From Mustelus asterias (lineage: Eukaryota): 64,000 bases of DNA. Where the stretch lies: the NCBI RefSeq assembly GCF_964213995.1, contig NC_135808.1, positions 34,472,001-34,536,000 of the forward strand, written 5' to 3'. Position numbers and translations under genes: made by a program. The notes beneath the pieces are model-generated. The model did not search any database and was not told where the DNA came from. It saw only the letters and a program-made list of their open reading frames with translations. Below, piece after piece: positions 1-12,157 of this stretch (positions are counted from its first letter, which is position 1; the number at the start of each line of letters is the position of its first letter).

Positions 1-471
1 CATTTGTATGGTGTGTGTTCGTGTTAATGGGATTACTTGGTCCTGCCCCGGTGTCTAAATGCGTTTCCCATTACCATCTCTATGTGTCCTCTTATTTAAA
101 TTGATCCTATTGTTCCGTGTCTGTGTTTCCTGCTTGTGAGATTGAGTGTTAATGTCATCCTGTCCTGTTGGGTGTCTGGGGTATTTCATTCTTAACCTTT
201 TATCCTTATCTCTTAGTTTATCAGATTTTTATGTCTGCCTTGGCCAGTTTAAAATGCAGCTACGCGCTGTTGCTAGGCAGATTAGGGATCTTCCGTAGTT
301 TCTGAAATTCGTGAGTCTCTCAGCTGTGCAGGGGGGGACCCGATCGAATATCCATCCGGGGGTGCCCCTCTGCATTGTTGGCCCGTTATGAGTGGTGCCA
401 ATTAGTCCAATATGTAAATATGTTTGATGATGCAAATATGGTTTTCTGGAAAATTTCCTCCTTCACTTTGA

Positions 472-736
472 TACAACTGAGTGGCGTGCTGGGCCACTTC
501 AGAATCAGCCACATTGTTGTGGATCTGGAGTCACATGTAGGCCAGATCAGGTTAGCATGGCAGATTTCCTTCCCCAAAGGTACATTATTGAACCAGATGG
601 ACTTTTACAACAATCAGCAATGGTTTCACAGTCATTATCAGATTTTTTAATTCACGATTTTTTGCTGAATTAAAATTTCAAAACCCAGGTCCCTAGAGAA
701 TTGCTCAGTCTCTGAATTACTAGTCCAGTGACAATA
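472..736 (-). mobile_element. tRNA-headed repeat fragment (same 5' module as the LINE at 62099)
   Basis: Reverse complement matches the head and 5' region seen at 16600-16805 and 62099-62340 (…gtcactggactagtaattcagagac…, …ctacatgtgactccagatccac…). Confidence 0.7.
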
Positions 737-738
737 TT

Positions 739-1092
739 AGTGGCAGAGTGGCACAGTGGCTAGCACTGCTACCTCCCTCCAGGGAACTCGGTTCAATTCC
801 AGCCTTGGGCGACTGTCTTTTTGGAGTTTGTATGTTCTCCTTGTGTCTGCATGGGTTTCCTCTGGTGCTCTGGTTTTCTCCCACAGTCCAAAGATGTGCA
901 GGTTAGTTGCATTGGCCATGCTAAATTGTCCCTTAGTGTCCAAGAATGTGGAGATTAGATGGGATCAGCCATAGTAAATGTGTGGGATTATAGGGATAGG
1001 GTGAGGAAGAGGGCTGGGTAAAATACTCTGTTAGAGAGTTGGTGCTAACTTGATGGGCTGAATGGCTTCTTCTGCACTGTCGGGATTCTGTG
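739..1092 (+). mobile_element. HE1-like tRNA-derived V-SINE
   Basis: Head gtggcacagtggctagcactgct with B-box ggttcaattcc, V-domain-like core (ggagtttg…ccacagtccaaagatgtgcaggttag) and CR1-like tail. Confidence 0.85.
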
Positions 1093-1602
1093 AATGCCAC
1101 TGCATCTCCTGTTACAGGGAGAAGGCAGGAGACTGGCAGATGAGTTGCTCATTCGATAACTAGTGCAGACATGATGGGCTGAATGGGCTCCTTCTGTGCT
1201 GTAACAGTGCAGAGTGTCCTTCACTACACTAAGATCTGATAACATTCTTGGGTCAAACAGCGTAGGCTCTGATTTTCTGCATTAATTGTCTTTTCCTGGC
1301 TGAAACCAGACTGGGTGCACTAAAATGGAAATTTCCCTCCGATTACTGTCCGGCAGGAAGTTAAACGGTCAACATGATGCAAAGACTGACCCCATTTCCA
1401 GCCAGGAAGGGATTGTTTTATGTCCAGGTCTGTTTCCCCTTGTGAAGATGCTCTGAGTGTTGACCTGTGATGGGACAGCCCTGTATCTGGGGTTAGTGTC
1501 CATATATCTCAAACTGTTTTACTGGGGTGTTTCACCACAGCTAAGCTCAGGTCACCAACTCACCCGGGAGATGCGTTATTTAGAAGCGTTGTGATAAAAT
1601 GT

Positions 1603-1667
1603 GAACTCCAGGAGAGAATGTCTCTCAGCAACAGATGACAACCTGGTGTTCTAAATTTCTATTGGTC
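1603..1667 (+). promoter_or_regulatory. MHC class II-type S-X-Y module
   Basis: X-box CTCAGCAACAGATG(AC) at 1624-1637, ATTGG at 1661 (23 nt after X, the HLA-DRA-type spacing), and possible S-box GAACTCC at 1603-1609. Confidence 0.7.
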
Positions 1668-1965
1668 AATAGCCCATTGAGCCTGCCCACACTCGGGATG
1701 CTAGCTGCCCAAACAGAAGCTGTGGGTTTTGTGTGTTCCTGTCTGCTCTCACACTTACCCTGGACTCTCTCCAAAGTCAGACACCCACAACACACCCTTT
1801 TAGAGAAATGTTCTTTGGGAGAGTTTTCAGTCAAACTAACACTGAGATAACTTCCTGTTTCACTCATTAAACTCACTTATTGCTGGTGATGACAGGGGCA
1901 CAGATTACGAGAGCAGGGAGGTTATGCTGAATTTATAAAAGGCGATATATCATACTTCAGCTGTT

Positions 1966-2270
1966 CTTTAAGTTTATTTATTACTGTCACAAGTAGGCAT
2001 ACATTAACACTGCAATGAAGTTATTGTGAAAATCTCCCAGTCGCCACACTCCGGCGCCTGTTTGGGTTCATTGAGGGAGAATTTAGCATGGCCAATGCAC
2101 CTAACCAGCACGTCTTTCGGACTCTGGGAGGAAACCGGAGCATCCGGAGGAAGCCCACACAGACATGGGGAGTGCGTGCAGATTCCGCACAGACAGTCAT
2201 CCAAGCCAGGAATCGAAGCTGGGTCCCTGGCGCTGTGAGGCAGCAGTGCTAACCACTGTGCCACCATGCT
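1966..2270 (-). mobile_element. HE1-like V-SINE with alternative tail
   Basis: Reverse-complement SINE head (gcagcagtgctaaccactgtgccacc) and core. Confidence 0.8.
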
Positions 2271-3492
2271 GCACCAGGAATAGCCAGAATATGGGGCGTG
2301 ATTCTTCTGCTACCACCAGGAAAATTGGGGCAATTCCCACTGGCGCTGGCAGCACTAATAAGATGGGATTCAACCACTTTAAAAGCGCACCACAGTATTG
2401 GAGCCAGAATTTAACTATACAATAGGGCTGTGCCTGGCATGCATGTCTTCGTCCCAGTCCAGGTTTGAAGAGGGAGACATCTGGTGGTCTCATGGGTGGG
2501 GGGGATTCCTGTAGGTCACTGTGCATGGGGCTTCAAGGGGTGAGGTCAATATGGGACATGGGGACATCAACAGAAAATAGATTGGGGGGAGAACAGGAGT
2601 ATCAACAACAATAAACATGGATCCATGATTAAAGGGGGAAGTAGGAGAGTGAGCTGGGGAATGGGTTTGTTGAGGACCAAGGAGGATAGAAGGGATTTGG
2701 ATAGTGACAGGAGAGGACTGGAAGCTGCTCTCGAAGTGGAATCGGAGCAGCACTATTTCGACAGCCTGATGCAATGACACTGTAGGAAAGTAACTTTGTA
2801 AAGAATTGCGAGAGCGAGAGTCTGAGAGCTTCTGGGAGCCATCCATTACTGTCCTTTCTTACCGATTGAAGGAGCACTCTAATAATTTCCACTTCAGGAC
2901 ATGTAGAGCAAAGCTCAACTGAGATACATTAGGAAGATTCAAATGTCAATGGAAGGATTTGGGGACCAGATGTTGGGTGGCAATGCCCTGACTGAGGTTG
3001 ATAGAAGGTTGTGAATGTGCTGTAGTGCCTGGGGTGTTGGGGTCATGGGGAGGTGGCGCAGGGGGGGGGGGGGGGGGGGCAGGAGAGAGGGGGCACGGGT
3101 GGTGCTTTTGAGGACCCTCAGCTACCTGTGATCCTTCATGATGTGCTTCAGCTGCAAAGGAGGATCTTGTGATGAAATACCTGGAATGAGGGCTATGCCA
3201 GGGATTCACAATGACCGGGATTTTCGGGTTTTCCGATGGCGGAGGTGGTTCGCATTGGTTGCCAGTGGGATCTTCCAGTCCCACTGAATTCAGTGGCCAT
3301 TTGTGTTTCTCACTCACCACGCTGCCAGAGAACCCATTACACGGGAACTGCTTTCGGCGGGACTGGAAGATCTCACCGGCAAAAATGCCAGACAATGACT
3401 CCCCCTTGCTTGGCGATGGAAGGTGATCATTGCAGGGTAATGTTCAATCATGTCTCTCATCTATTTCTCTACAAGCACAAAGATGCAGGTAC

Positions 3493-3831
3493 GGGCGGCA
3501 CGGTAGCACAGTGGTTAGCACTGCTGCTTCACAGCTCCAGGGACCTGGGTTCGATTCCCGGCTTGGGTCACTGTCTGTGTGGAGTTTGCACATTCTCCTC
3601 GTGTCTGCGTGGGTTTCCTCCAGGTGCTCCGGTTTCCTCCCACAGTCCAAAGATGTGCAGGTTAGGTTGATTGGCCATGCTAAAAATTGTCCCTTAGTGT
3701 CTTGAGATGCATAGGTTAGAGGGGTTAGCAGGTAAATATGTAGGGATATGGGGGTAGGGCTTGGGTGGGATTGTGGTCGGTGCAGACTCGATGGGCCGAA
3801 TGGCCTCCTTCTGCACTGTAGATTTTCTATG
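3493..3831 (+). mobile_element. HE1-like V-SINE, young full-length copy
   Basis: gggcggcacggtagcacagtggttagc head, ggttcgattccc B-box and tail gggccgaatggcctccttctgcactgtag…ttctatg. Confidence 0.9.
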
Positions 3832-4025
3832 AACACTGCCTTTTTTATTGTTTTCATGCAATGTTGGAGGTGAAGATGGGCCTGTTGCCTTCAGGCTGGG
3901 CAAAGAGAAGAGTCTTGCCCTGTGGAACATATGCCAGAGGGACCCCATGAAGACCCAGAAACTGCACGGACTCTCACTGGCTTATTGGGAGATGCTGATC
4001 TTGCCTTTTGTGCAAGAATGGTCCA

Positions 4026-4185
4026 GGCTCTCTCAGGCCAGCTCTGTCTCCTGCTCTCTCAGGCCAGCTCTGCCTCCTGCTCTCTCAGGCCAGCTCTGCC
4101 TCCTGCTCTCTCAGGCCAGCTCTGCCTCCTGCTCTCTCAGGCCAGCTCTGCCTCCTGCTCTCTCAGGCCAGCTCTGCCTCCTGCT
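4026..4185. repeat. 26-bp tandem repeat, ~6 copies
   Basis: Unit gctctctcaggccagctctgcctcct recurring every 26 bp. Confidence 0.95.
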
Positions 4186-5479
4186 CCTTGTAGGGGGAGA
4201 GTGGCCTCAACTCTGGCATTCCCCCTCCAGTCTGAGATCTCCCCTGTTGCTGTGGGAGGTCTTGACCTGCCTAAAGACTGATAGGTAAACTGAAAGCACC
4301 GGGGACAAAAAGGGAGATGAGAAGCATGAATGCCCGCTGTGTGTGCTGAGTGCTCCCAGTGAGGGTGAAGATGCTAAAGCATCAGTGAGACAATCAGTGC
4401 TGATGTCCCTTCAGTTAGTCATGTGTGAGATTCCTGACGATTGTGATCCTGTGAATACCTGATGACCTTAAAAGCGAGTCAGTTGACAGTGAGAAGGTTG
4501 ACTTTCCCTGGTAGAGCGGTTGAGATCATTCATCCTCTGCCTACACTACAGTTCAGTCCTCTTCTGAGGTCCACAGGCATTGATCTCCCGGCGACCTCCT
4601 CCCAGGCCAGCATGCTGAGACTGGTGGATCTCCAGCTTCCGTCCCATGAGTAAAGAGCCTCCCACCAGTCCCGGGCTGCCTGAAGGAGTCTTTCCAGGGA
4701 GCTGTCGCTAAACGTGGAGGAAAGGGCTTGTTTCCTCTGAGGAGCCATTACTCACCACAACAAGGTCTAAACTGCAGAGAGTGACTGTGTGTGTGTGTGT
4801 GTGTGTGTGTGTAGTGGGCGGGGGGTAGGGGGGATGTTTTTAAATATGGACCTTCAAACACATACAGTAATGGCAGAGTGGATAAATCCCTGTCTGTTCT
4901 GTCACGAGATTCGATGAGCTCCTCATTGATGCATTTACAATGAACTGAACAGTGGACGGTCCGGCACAAGAACCCTTCCCAACATCCAGGGAATCAAACT
5001 GACTTTCCTGCCTGCCACCAGAGTTAGTCCACAGAATGGAAAATTCTGTCCTAAAACAGAAAATGCTGGATATGTTCAGCAGGTTGAGGTGTATAAAGTC
5101 ATGAAGAGTTTCGATTGGGGTAAATAAGGAGAAACCAATTGAGGAAAGGTCAGTAAGATGACTGGGAAAAGAACCAGAGGCAACACGACATAACCTCTTT
5201 TACACAGCATGTGTTGAGTATTTGGATAGCACTGCCTGATGGGGCATTCAATAAGATTCAATAATAACCTTCAAAATGAAATTGGATAATTATTTGAAGA
5301 AAATCTTGTGGTGATGTGGGAAAAGAGCAGAATTGTGGGAATAGTTAATGTGCTGTTTGAAAAGTTGACACAGACATAATAATTTCATTCTGATCTGTAT
5401 GATTCTATCAGTAAAGGATTATTATGGCTGGGCAACGAATGTTGGCCTTTCCAGTCTCACTCATATGCTGAGAATGTGA

Positions 5480-5735
5480 GTTGGAAAGTCCCTGTCCCTG
5501 GAATGAAATGAAGATCGGCATTGACTCCTGTTGTTATACCAGGTAAATGTAGTTTGTGTTGTGTTGGGGAAGAGCAAGTTATGTGGCTGGTAAATGAAGG
5601 TTTTGATGGAAAGTCCCTGTCTCTAATAGACTGGAATGAAGATTGACACTGACTCCAGTAGTTTGTGTAGCGTTGGGAAAGAACAGGTTGTGTGGCTGGT
5701 AATTGAAGGTTTTGTTGGAAAGTCCCTGTCTCTGA
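5480..5735 (-). promoter_or_regulatory. ~110-125-bp degenerate tandem repeat carrying three perfect NF-kB sites
   Basis: GGAAAGTCCC (= GGGACTTTCC on the - strand) at 5483, 5608 and 5717, inside repeated units. Confidence 0.55.
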
Positions 5736-5968
5736 AGGTAACCTAACCCCACATTGTGAAATTTGACTTATAGCAGAATGATGTTAAAACAGTAGCTCGG
5801 CTGCCCTACAGCCAATCAGATCGAGGAGTCATCAGTTGCTGGGTAGAATATGTTCGTGACGATTTGATTCTGTATCTGTGTACAGTGGAGATTATTAACA
5901 GGCCCAGTCACTCCCACAGGCTTTCCAATCTTTATAATCCGAATAGTTGGACAGATTGTGATTGATAA

Positions 5969-6957
5969 TAAGAACAAAGAACAAAGAACAGTACAGCACA
6001 GGAAACAGGCCCTTCGGCCCTCCAAGCCTGTGCCGCTCCTTGGTCCAACTAGACCAATCGTTTGTATCCCTCCATTCCCAGGCTGCTCATGTGACTATCC
6101 AAGTAAGTCTTAAATGATGTCAGCGTGCCTGCCTCCACCACCCTACTTGGCAGCGCATTCCAGGCCCCCACCACCCTCTGTGTAAAAAACATCCCTCTAA
6201 TATCTGAGTTATACTTCGCCCCTCTCACCTTGAGCCCGTGACCCCTCGTGAACGTCACTTCTGACCTGGGAAAAAGCTTCCCACCGTTCACCCTATCTAT
6301 CCCCTTCATAATCTTGTACACCTCTATTAGATCTCCCCTCATTCTCCGTCTTTCCAGGGAGAACAACCCCAGTTTACCCAATCTCTCCTCATAGCTAAGA
6401 CCCTCCATACCAGGCAACATCCTGGTAAACCTTCTCTGCACTCTCTCTAATGCCTCCACGTCCTTCTGGTAGTGCGGCGACCAGAACTGGATGCAGTACC
6501 CCAAATGTGGCCTAACCAGCGTTCTATACAGCTGCATCATCAGACTCCAACTTTTATACTCTATACCCCGTCCTATAAAGGCAAGCATACCATATGCCTT
6601 CTTCACCACCTTCTCCACCTGTGTTGCCACCTTCAAGGATTTGTGGACTTGCACACCTAGGTCCCTCTGTGTTTCTATACTCCTGATGACTCTGCCATTT
6701 ATTGTATAACTCCTCCCTACATTATTTCTTCCAAAATGCATCACTTCGCATTTATCCGGATTAAACTCCATCTGCCACCTCTCCGCCCAATTTTCCAGCC
6801 TATCTATATCCTGCTGTATTGCCCGACAATGCTCTTCGCTATCCGCAAGTCCAGCCATCTTCGTGTCATCCGCAAACTTGCTGATTACACCAGTTACACC
6901 TTCTTCCAAATCATTTATATATATCACAAATAACAGAGGTCCCAGTACAGAGCCCTA
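5969..6957 (-). mobile_element. CR1 LINE, 5'-truncated (RT C-terminal half)
   Basis: Open ORF 6049-6927 with YINDL…FADDTK…RPHLGYC…RRRMRGDL, and (TTCTTTG)n tail at the left end. Confidence 0.95.
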
Positions 6958-6959
6958 TT

Positions 6960-8040
6960 AGTAGACAGTGAAAAGTATTGTTTCTGGCACGCTATACAGA
7001 AAAAGCATACTGTTCATAGAGAAGGAAACGCGAGAGAGTGCAGAATGTAGTGTTACAGTCATAGCTAGGGTGTAGAGGAAGATCAACTTAATGCGAGATA
7101 GGTCCATTCAAAAGTCTGACAGCAGCAGGGAAGAAGCTATTCTTGAGTCGGTTGGTACATGACCTCAGACTTTTGTATCCTTTTCCTGACAGAAAAAGGT
7201 GGAAGAGCGAATGTCCAGAGTGTGTGGGGTCCTTGATTATACTGGCTGCTTTGCTGAGGCAGCGGGAAGTGTAGACAGAGTCAATGGATGGGAGGCTTTT
7301 GCGGAATGGATTGGGCTACATTCACGACTATTTGTAGTTTCTTGTGGTCTTGGGCAGAGCAGGAGCCATACCAAGCTGTGATACAACCAGAAAGAGTGCT
7401 TTCTATGGTGCATCTGTAAACGTTGGTGAGAGTCGTAGCTGATATGCCAAATTTCCTTCGTCTTCTCAGAAAGTAGAGGCGTTGGTGGGCTTTCTTAACT
7501 ATAGTGGGGGGACCAGGACAGGTTGTTGGTGATATGGACACCTAAAAATTTGAAGCTCACGACCATTTCTACTTTGTCTCCGTTGATGTCAACAGGGACA
7601 TGTTCTCCTCTACACTTCCTGGAGTTGATGACAATCTCCTTCGATTTGATGACATTGAGGGAGAGATTATTGTCATTGCACCAGTTCACCAGATTCTCTA
7701 TCTCATTCCTGTACTCTGTCTCATCATTGTTTGAGATCCGACCCACTATGGTGGTGTCGTCAGCAAACTTGAAAATCGAGTTGGAGGGGAATTTGGCCAT
7801 ATAGTCGTAGGTGTATAAGGAGTATAGTAGGGGGCTGAGAATACAGCCTTATGGGGCACCAGTGTTGAGGATGATCATGGAGGAGGTGTTGTTGCCTATC
7901 CTTACAGACTGTGGTCTGTGAGTTAGGAAGTTCAGGGTCCAGTCGCAGAGGGAGGAGCCAAGCCCCAGGCCACAGAGTTGGGAGATAAGTTTCATAGGAA
8001 TAATGGTGTTGAAGGCTGAGCTGTAGTCAATAAATAGGAG
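6960..8040 (-). mobile_element. Rex1/Babar-type LINE 3' fragment
   Basis: ORFs 7495-7800 (KFADDTTIVGRISNNDETEYR…FKFLGVHI) and 7281-7541 (KKAHQRLYFLRR…YRCTIES…CITAWYG) carry Rex1-clade RT motifs. Confidence 0.85.
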
Positions 8041-9189
8041 ATCTCCTTTTTACTCTGATCAATCCTAGAATAATGAGCACTCTGTAATCCAGAAATCTCA
8101 ATTAATAATCTGGAGACACAATTTCAAATTTCATTAAAGCAGTTATAGAATTTAATTCAATAAGCAAAGGTGTCCTTCAGTTCCCACATGCTAAAGCTGC
8201 AACACACCACCTGCCCTGTTTGTATTTAACTAAATAGTTTCAAGTTCAGATTGTCACTGAATAATTATCCATACTCATATTGTAGAGTCTAACTAGTTAT
8301 GCTCTAAATTTTATATAATACTTATATCACCCAGTAATGGTTTAACCTATTGTCCTGGTTTACAGAAGAGAAAAACCTCACCAGTTACCTCCCCACACCC
8401 ACTTGATGCCTCTGGGCTTCTACAGTCTCACTGTCCTCATTCCCTCTTTTGGATCACTCCATTGTAAAAGGCCGGAACAGCACCCCGTTCCTCACAGCAC
8501 CAAATTCCCACCCAAATCCTGGAATTAAGCAGCACCCAGTCTCCAGCTGCCAACTTTGTGTCACTTACTTCATGTGTGTGCTAAACCTCCTGATTTTAGC
8601 CTAGCTCAGCTTCCAGTGAGATAGGAGCGCCACTGCTGGCGAGGGAACCAGCTCTAGCCAGTTATCTAATTAAATACCCTGCAGGTGCCTCTAGGTATGG
8701 ACCCGGTTTATCAGTAAGACTGGAAGAAACTGCAAATTATTGTTATAGTTAAGTTGGTGTAAAATAGCCTGTTCCATGATTGGTTCCACGACCCACTACT
8801 ATAAGAAATTGCCATGGTGCGCAGCATCAGAACATTGTTGATAGGTCTGATACCAAAATGTTTGGTGCAATGGACAGCCTGCCTGAACATTTATGGGCAA
8901 TAGCTCAAGTAAGGAGAAGTCCATCTCCTTCTTGCTTATGGTTTGTCGTAGCCCAGAAACCGTTCTCTGCAACATGAAAGGGCTGGCCAATCCCAGCCAG
9001 GAACCCAACATCCGATGATTGGACTTGAAACTTCCATTAGATTTCATAATGGTACCCCCATAGAATGGCAGACAGCTTCCATGGAATGAGAAGTTGCTAC
9101 AATGGAATCTCAGGAAACTGGCATCATGGTTCTGTGCTTCTTCGTTGCTGATCATAAGAACATAAAATCAATAGACCTTTGACCAATTT

Positions 9190-10925
9190 GATTCAAAAAG
9201 GAAGATAGAGAGAAAACATGGCACTATAGATCAGTGAGCCTAATGTCAGGAGTAGGGAAGTTGTGAGAGTCATTTGTTAAGGATTTCATAACGCAGCATT
9301 TGGAAAGCAGTGGTTATAATCAGACAAAGTCAGCATGGATTTACAAAGGGGAAATCATGCTTGATGAATCTATTGGAATTCTTTGAAGATGTAACGAGTA
9401 GAGTTGATCAGGGAGATCCGGTAGATGTGGTTTATTTAGATTTTCAGAAGGCTTTCAACAAGGTCTCACATAGCAGATTACTATGTAAAGTTAAAGCAAT
9501 GGGATTGCAGGTAGTGTCTTGAGGTGGATAAAAAGCTGGTTAGCAGACAGGAGGCAAAGAGTTGGAATAAATGGGTCTTCATCCGATTGGCAGGCAGTGA
9601 CTAATGGGGTACTGCAGTGATCTGTGCTAGGACTCCAACTGTTCACATTATATATTAATGATTTGGCAGAGGGAACTAAATGTATTATCCTCAAATTTGC
9701 AGATGATACAAAGTTGGGTGGGAGGGTGAGCTGTGAGGAGGATGAAGAGATGCTTCAGCGTGATTTGGACAGGCTGATTGAGTGGGCATCTGCATAGCAG
9801 ACGCAGTATAATTTGGATCAATGTGAGGTTATGCACTTTGGTTGCAAAAATAGAAAGGCAGAATAATATTTGAATGGGTGTAAACAGAGAGAGGTGGATA
9901 CTCAGCGAGACCTTGGTGTCCTCGTGCATCAATCACTGAAAATAAGCATGCAGGTGCAACAGGCAGTAAAGAAGGCAAATGGTATGTTGGCCTTCATAGC
10001 GAGAGGATTTGAGTATAGGAATAGGGATGTTTTACTGCAGTTGTATGGGGTGCTGGTGAGGCCACATCTGGAGTATTGTGTGCAGTCTTGGTGTCCTTAT
10101 CTGAGGAAGGATGTCCTTGCTATAGAGGGAGTACAGCAAAGGTTTAGCAGGCTGATTCCTGGGATGACAGATCTGTCATATGGGGAGAGATTCGGGCAGC
10201 ATGGCGGCACAGTGGTTAGCACTGCTGTCTCACAACACCAGGGACCCAGGTTCAATTCCTGCCTTGGGTGACTGCTTGCACATTCTCCCCATGTCTGCAT
10301 GAGTTTCCTCCAGCTGCTCCAGTTTCCTCCCACACTCCAAAGATGTGGAAGTTAGGTTGATTGGCCAAGCCAAATAGCCCCCTAGTGTCAGGGAGACTAG
10401 CAGGGTAAATACATGGGGTTACAGGGATAAGATCTTGGTGGGATTGTTGTCAGAGCAGGCTTGATGCACTGCACTCATTCTGTGCTGTAGGAATTCTGTG
10501 ATTAAGTCGGTTAGGATTATATTCATTGGAGTTTAGAAGAGTGAGAGGGGATCTCATAGAAATTTATAAATTTCTAATAGGATTAGACAGGGTAGATTCA
10601 GTAAATATGTGCCCAATGGTGGGGGAGTCCAGAACTAAGGGGCATAGTTTGAGGATAAGGGGTCAACATTTTAAAACTGAGGTGAAGAGAAATTTCTTCA
10701 CCCAGGGAGTGGTGAATCTGTGGAATTCACTACCACAGAAAGTAGTTGAGGCCAAAACATTGTGTGATTTCAAGAAAATATTAGATAGAGTTCTTGGGAC
10801 GAAAGGGATCAAGAGATATAGGGGGAAGGCAGGATCAGGGTATTGAATTTGATGATCAGCCATAATTATAATGAATGGTGGAGCAGGCTCGAAGATGGCC
10901 TAGTCCTGCATCTATTTTCTATGCA
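9190..10925 (+). mobile_element. Degenerate CR1 RT fragment containing a V-SINE at ~10193-10503
   Basis: ORF pieces QHGFTKGKSC…DVVYLDFQKAF, RPHLEYC and RRVRGDLIE, with stop codons. Confidence 0.9.
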
Positions 10926-11759
10926 TGTTTATATGTGTGACCTAAAACATTAAGGGCTGAATTTTCCAGTTCTGTTTTAAATCTGCCTAAAACCATGGCT
11001 TTTTGTTCTCGAATGTCCAACAAGGAGAAATATCTGCCCTACGTCGATATCCTTTAGTATCTTATATACCTCAATCACATCTCCTCTCATTCTTCTAAAC
11101 TCCAGCGAGTATCGGCTAAACTGCTAAATCTCCCTTCATAAGACAAGTCCTTCATCCCCAGAATCAATCTAGTGAATCTTCTCTGAACCGTCTCCAATGC
11201 ATTTACATCATTCCTCAAGTAAGGGGACCAAAACTGTGCGAAGTACTCCAGATACGGTCTCACCAATACCCTACAGAGTTGCAACTTCCCTATTTTTATG
11301 CCCTATTCCATTAGCAACGAGTGCCAAAATTCCATTTGCCTTACTCATTACCTTCTCCTTCTGCATACTTTCTGACTCGTGCACAAGAACACCCAGATCC
11401 CTCTGCACCAAAGCATTCTGAAGTTTCTCTTCATTTAGACAATGAGTTGCCATTTTATTCCTCTGACCAAAATGGGTAACCTCACACCTATCCACATTAA
11501 ATTCTATCTGCTAAATTTTGCCCAATCACCTAAGCTACTCATATTCATTTGTAAATTTCTTATTTCCTCATTGCAACTTGCATCACACCTATTTTAGTGT
11601 CATCTGAAAATTTGGCTATAGTACATTCTATGCCTGTATTCAAGTCATTAATGTAGATTATAAATAGTTGGAGCCCAAGGACTGCACCCTGTGGCACACC
11701 ACTAGTTTGCCAACCAGAAAAAGGCTCATTTATTGCCACTGTCTGCTTTCTGTTGGTTA

Positions 11760-12157
11760 ACACAGTAAGAAGTTTAACAACACCAGGTTAAAGTCCAACA
11801 GGTTTATTTGGTAGCAAAAGCCACACAAGCTTTCGGAGCTCTAAGCCCCTTCTTCAGGTGAGTGGGAATTCTGTTCACAAACAGAGCTTATAAAGACACA
11901 GACTCAATTTACATGAATAATGGTTGGAATGCGAATACTTACAACTAATCAAGTCTTTAAGAAACAAAACAATGTGAGTGGAGAGAGCATCAAGACAGGC
12001 TAAAAAGATGTGTATTGTCTCCAGACAAGACAGCCAGTGAAACTCTGCAGGTCCACGCAACAGTTGCTTTTGCTACCAAATAAACCTGTTGGACTTTAAC
12101 CTGGTGTTGTTAAACTTCTTACTGTATTTACCCCAGTCCAACGCCGGCATCTCCACA
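11760..12157. mobile_element. Penelope-like element remnant, two inverted pLTR arms
   Basis: Minus arm 11760-12060 and plus arm ~12065-12157, flanked by 12-bp TSD TTCTGTTGGTTA (11748-11759, 12158-12169). Confidence 0.9.
11824..11860 (-). ncRNA. Minimal type I hammerhead ribozyme motif (Penelope pLTR)
   Basis: Minus strand reads cac-CUGAAGA-a-GGGGCU uag AGCUCC-GAAA-GC-UU-gug. Confidence 0.7.

Larger units (their letters stand above)
2293..5051 (-). mobile_element. Decayed PIF/Harbinger-type DNA transposon with Myb/SANT-like remnant
   Basis: Termini gggcgtgattc… and …gaaaattctgtcc resemble other GGGC…ATTTT ends in the window. ORF 4530-4748 has FSDSSLERLL…AWEEVA, typical of Myb/SANT-like Harbinger partner proteins. 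Boundaries are uncertain. Confidence 0.5.

Noticed and set aside
1-430. Possible retroviral or LTR-element leader fragment
   Set aside because: No recognisable protein motif, LTR pair or convincing PBS is visible within the window.
1635-1850. 71-aa plus-strand ORF after the first X-Y module as a leader exon
   Set aside because: It starts inside the X box, the next ATG is too close to the Y box, the hydrophobic core is weak and there is no good donor.
3493-3570. tRNA-like sequences at SINE heads
   Set aside because: They continue into SINE bodies and tails and lack a proper cloverleaf end, so they are not tRNA genes.
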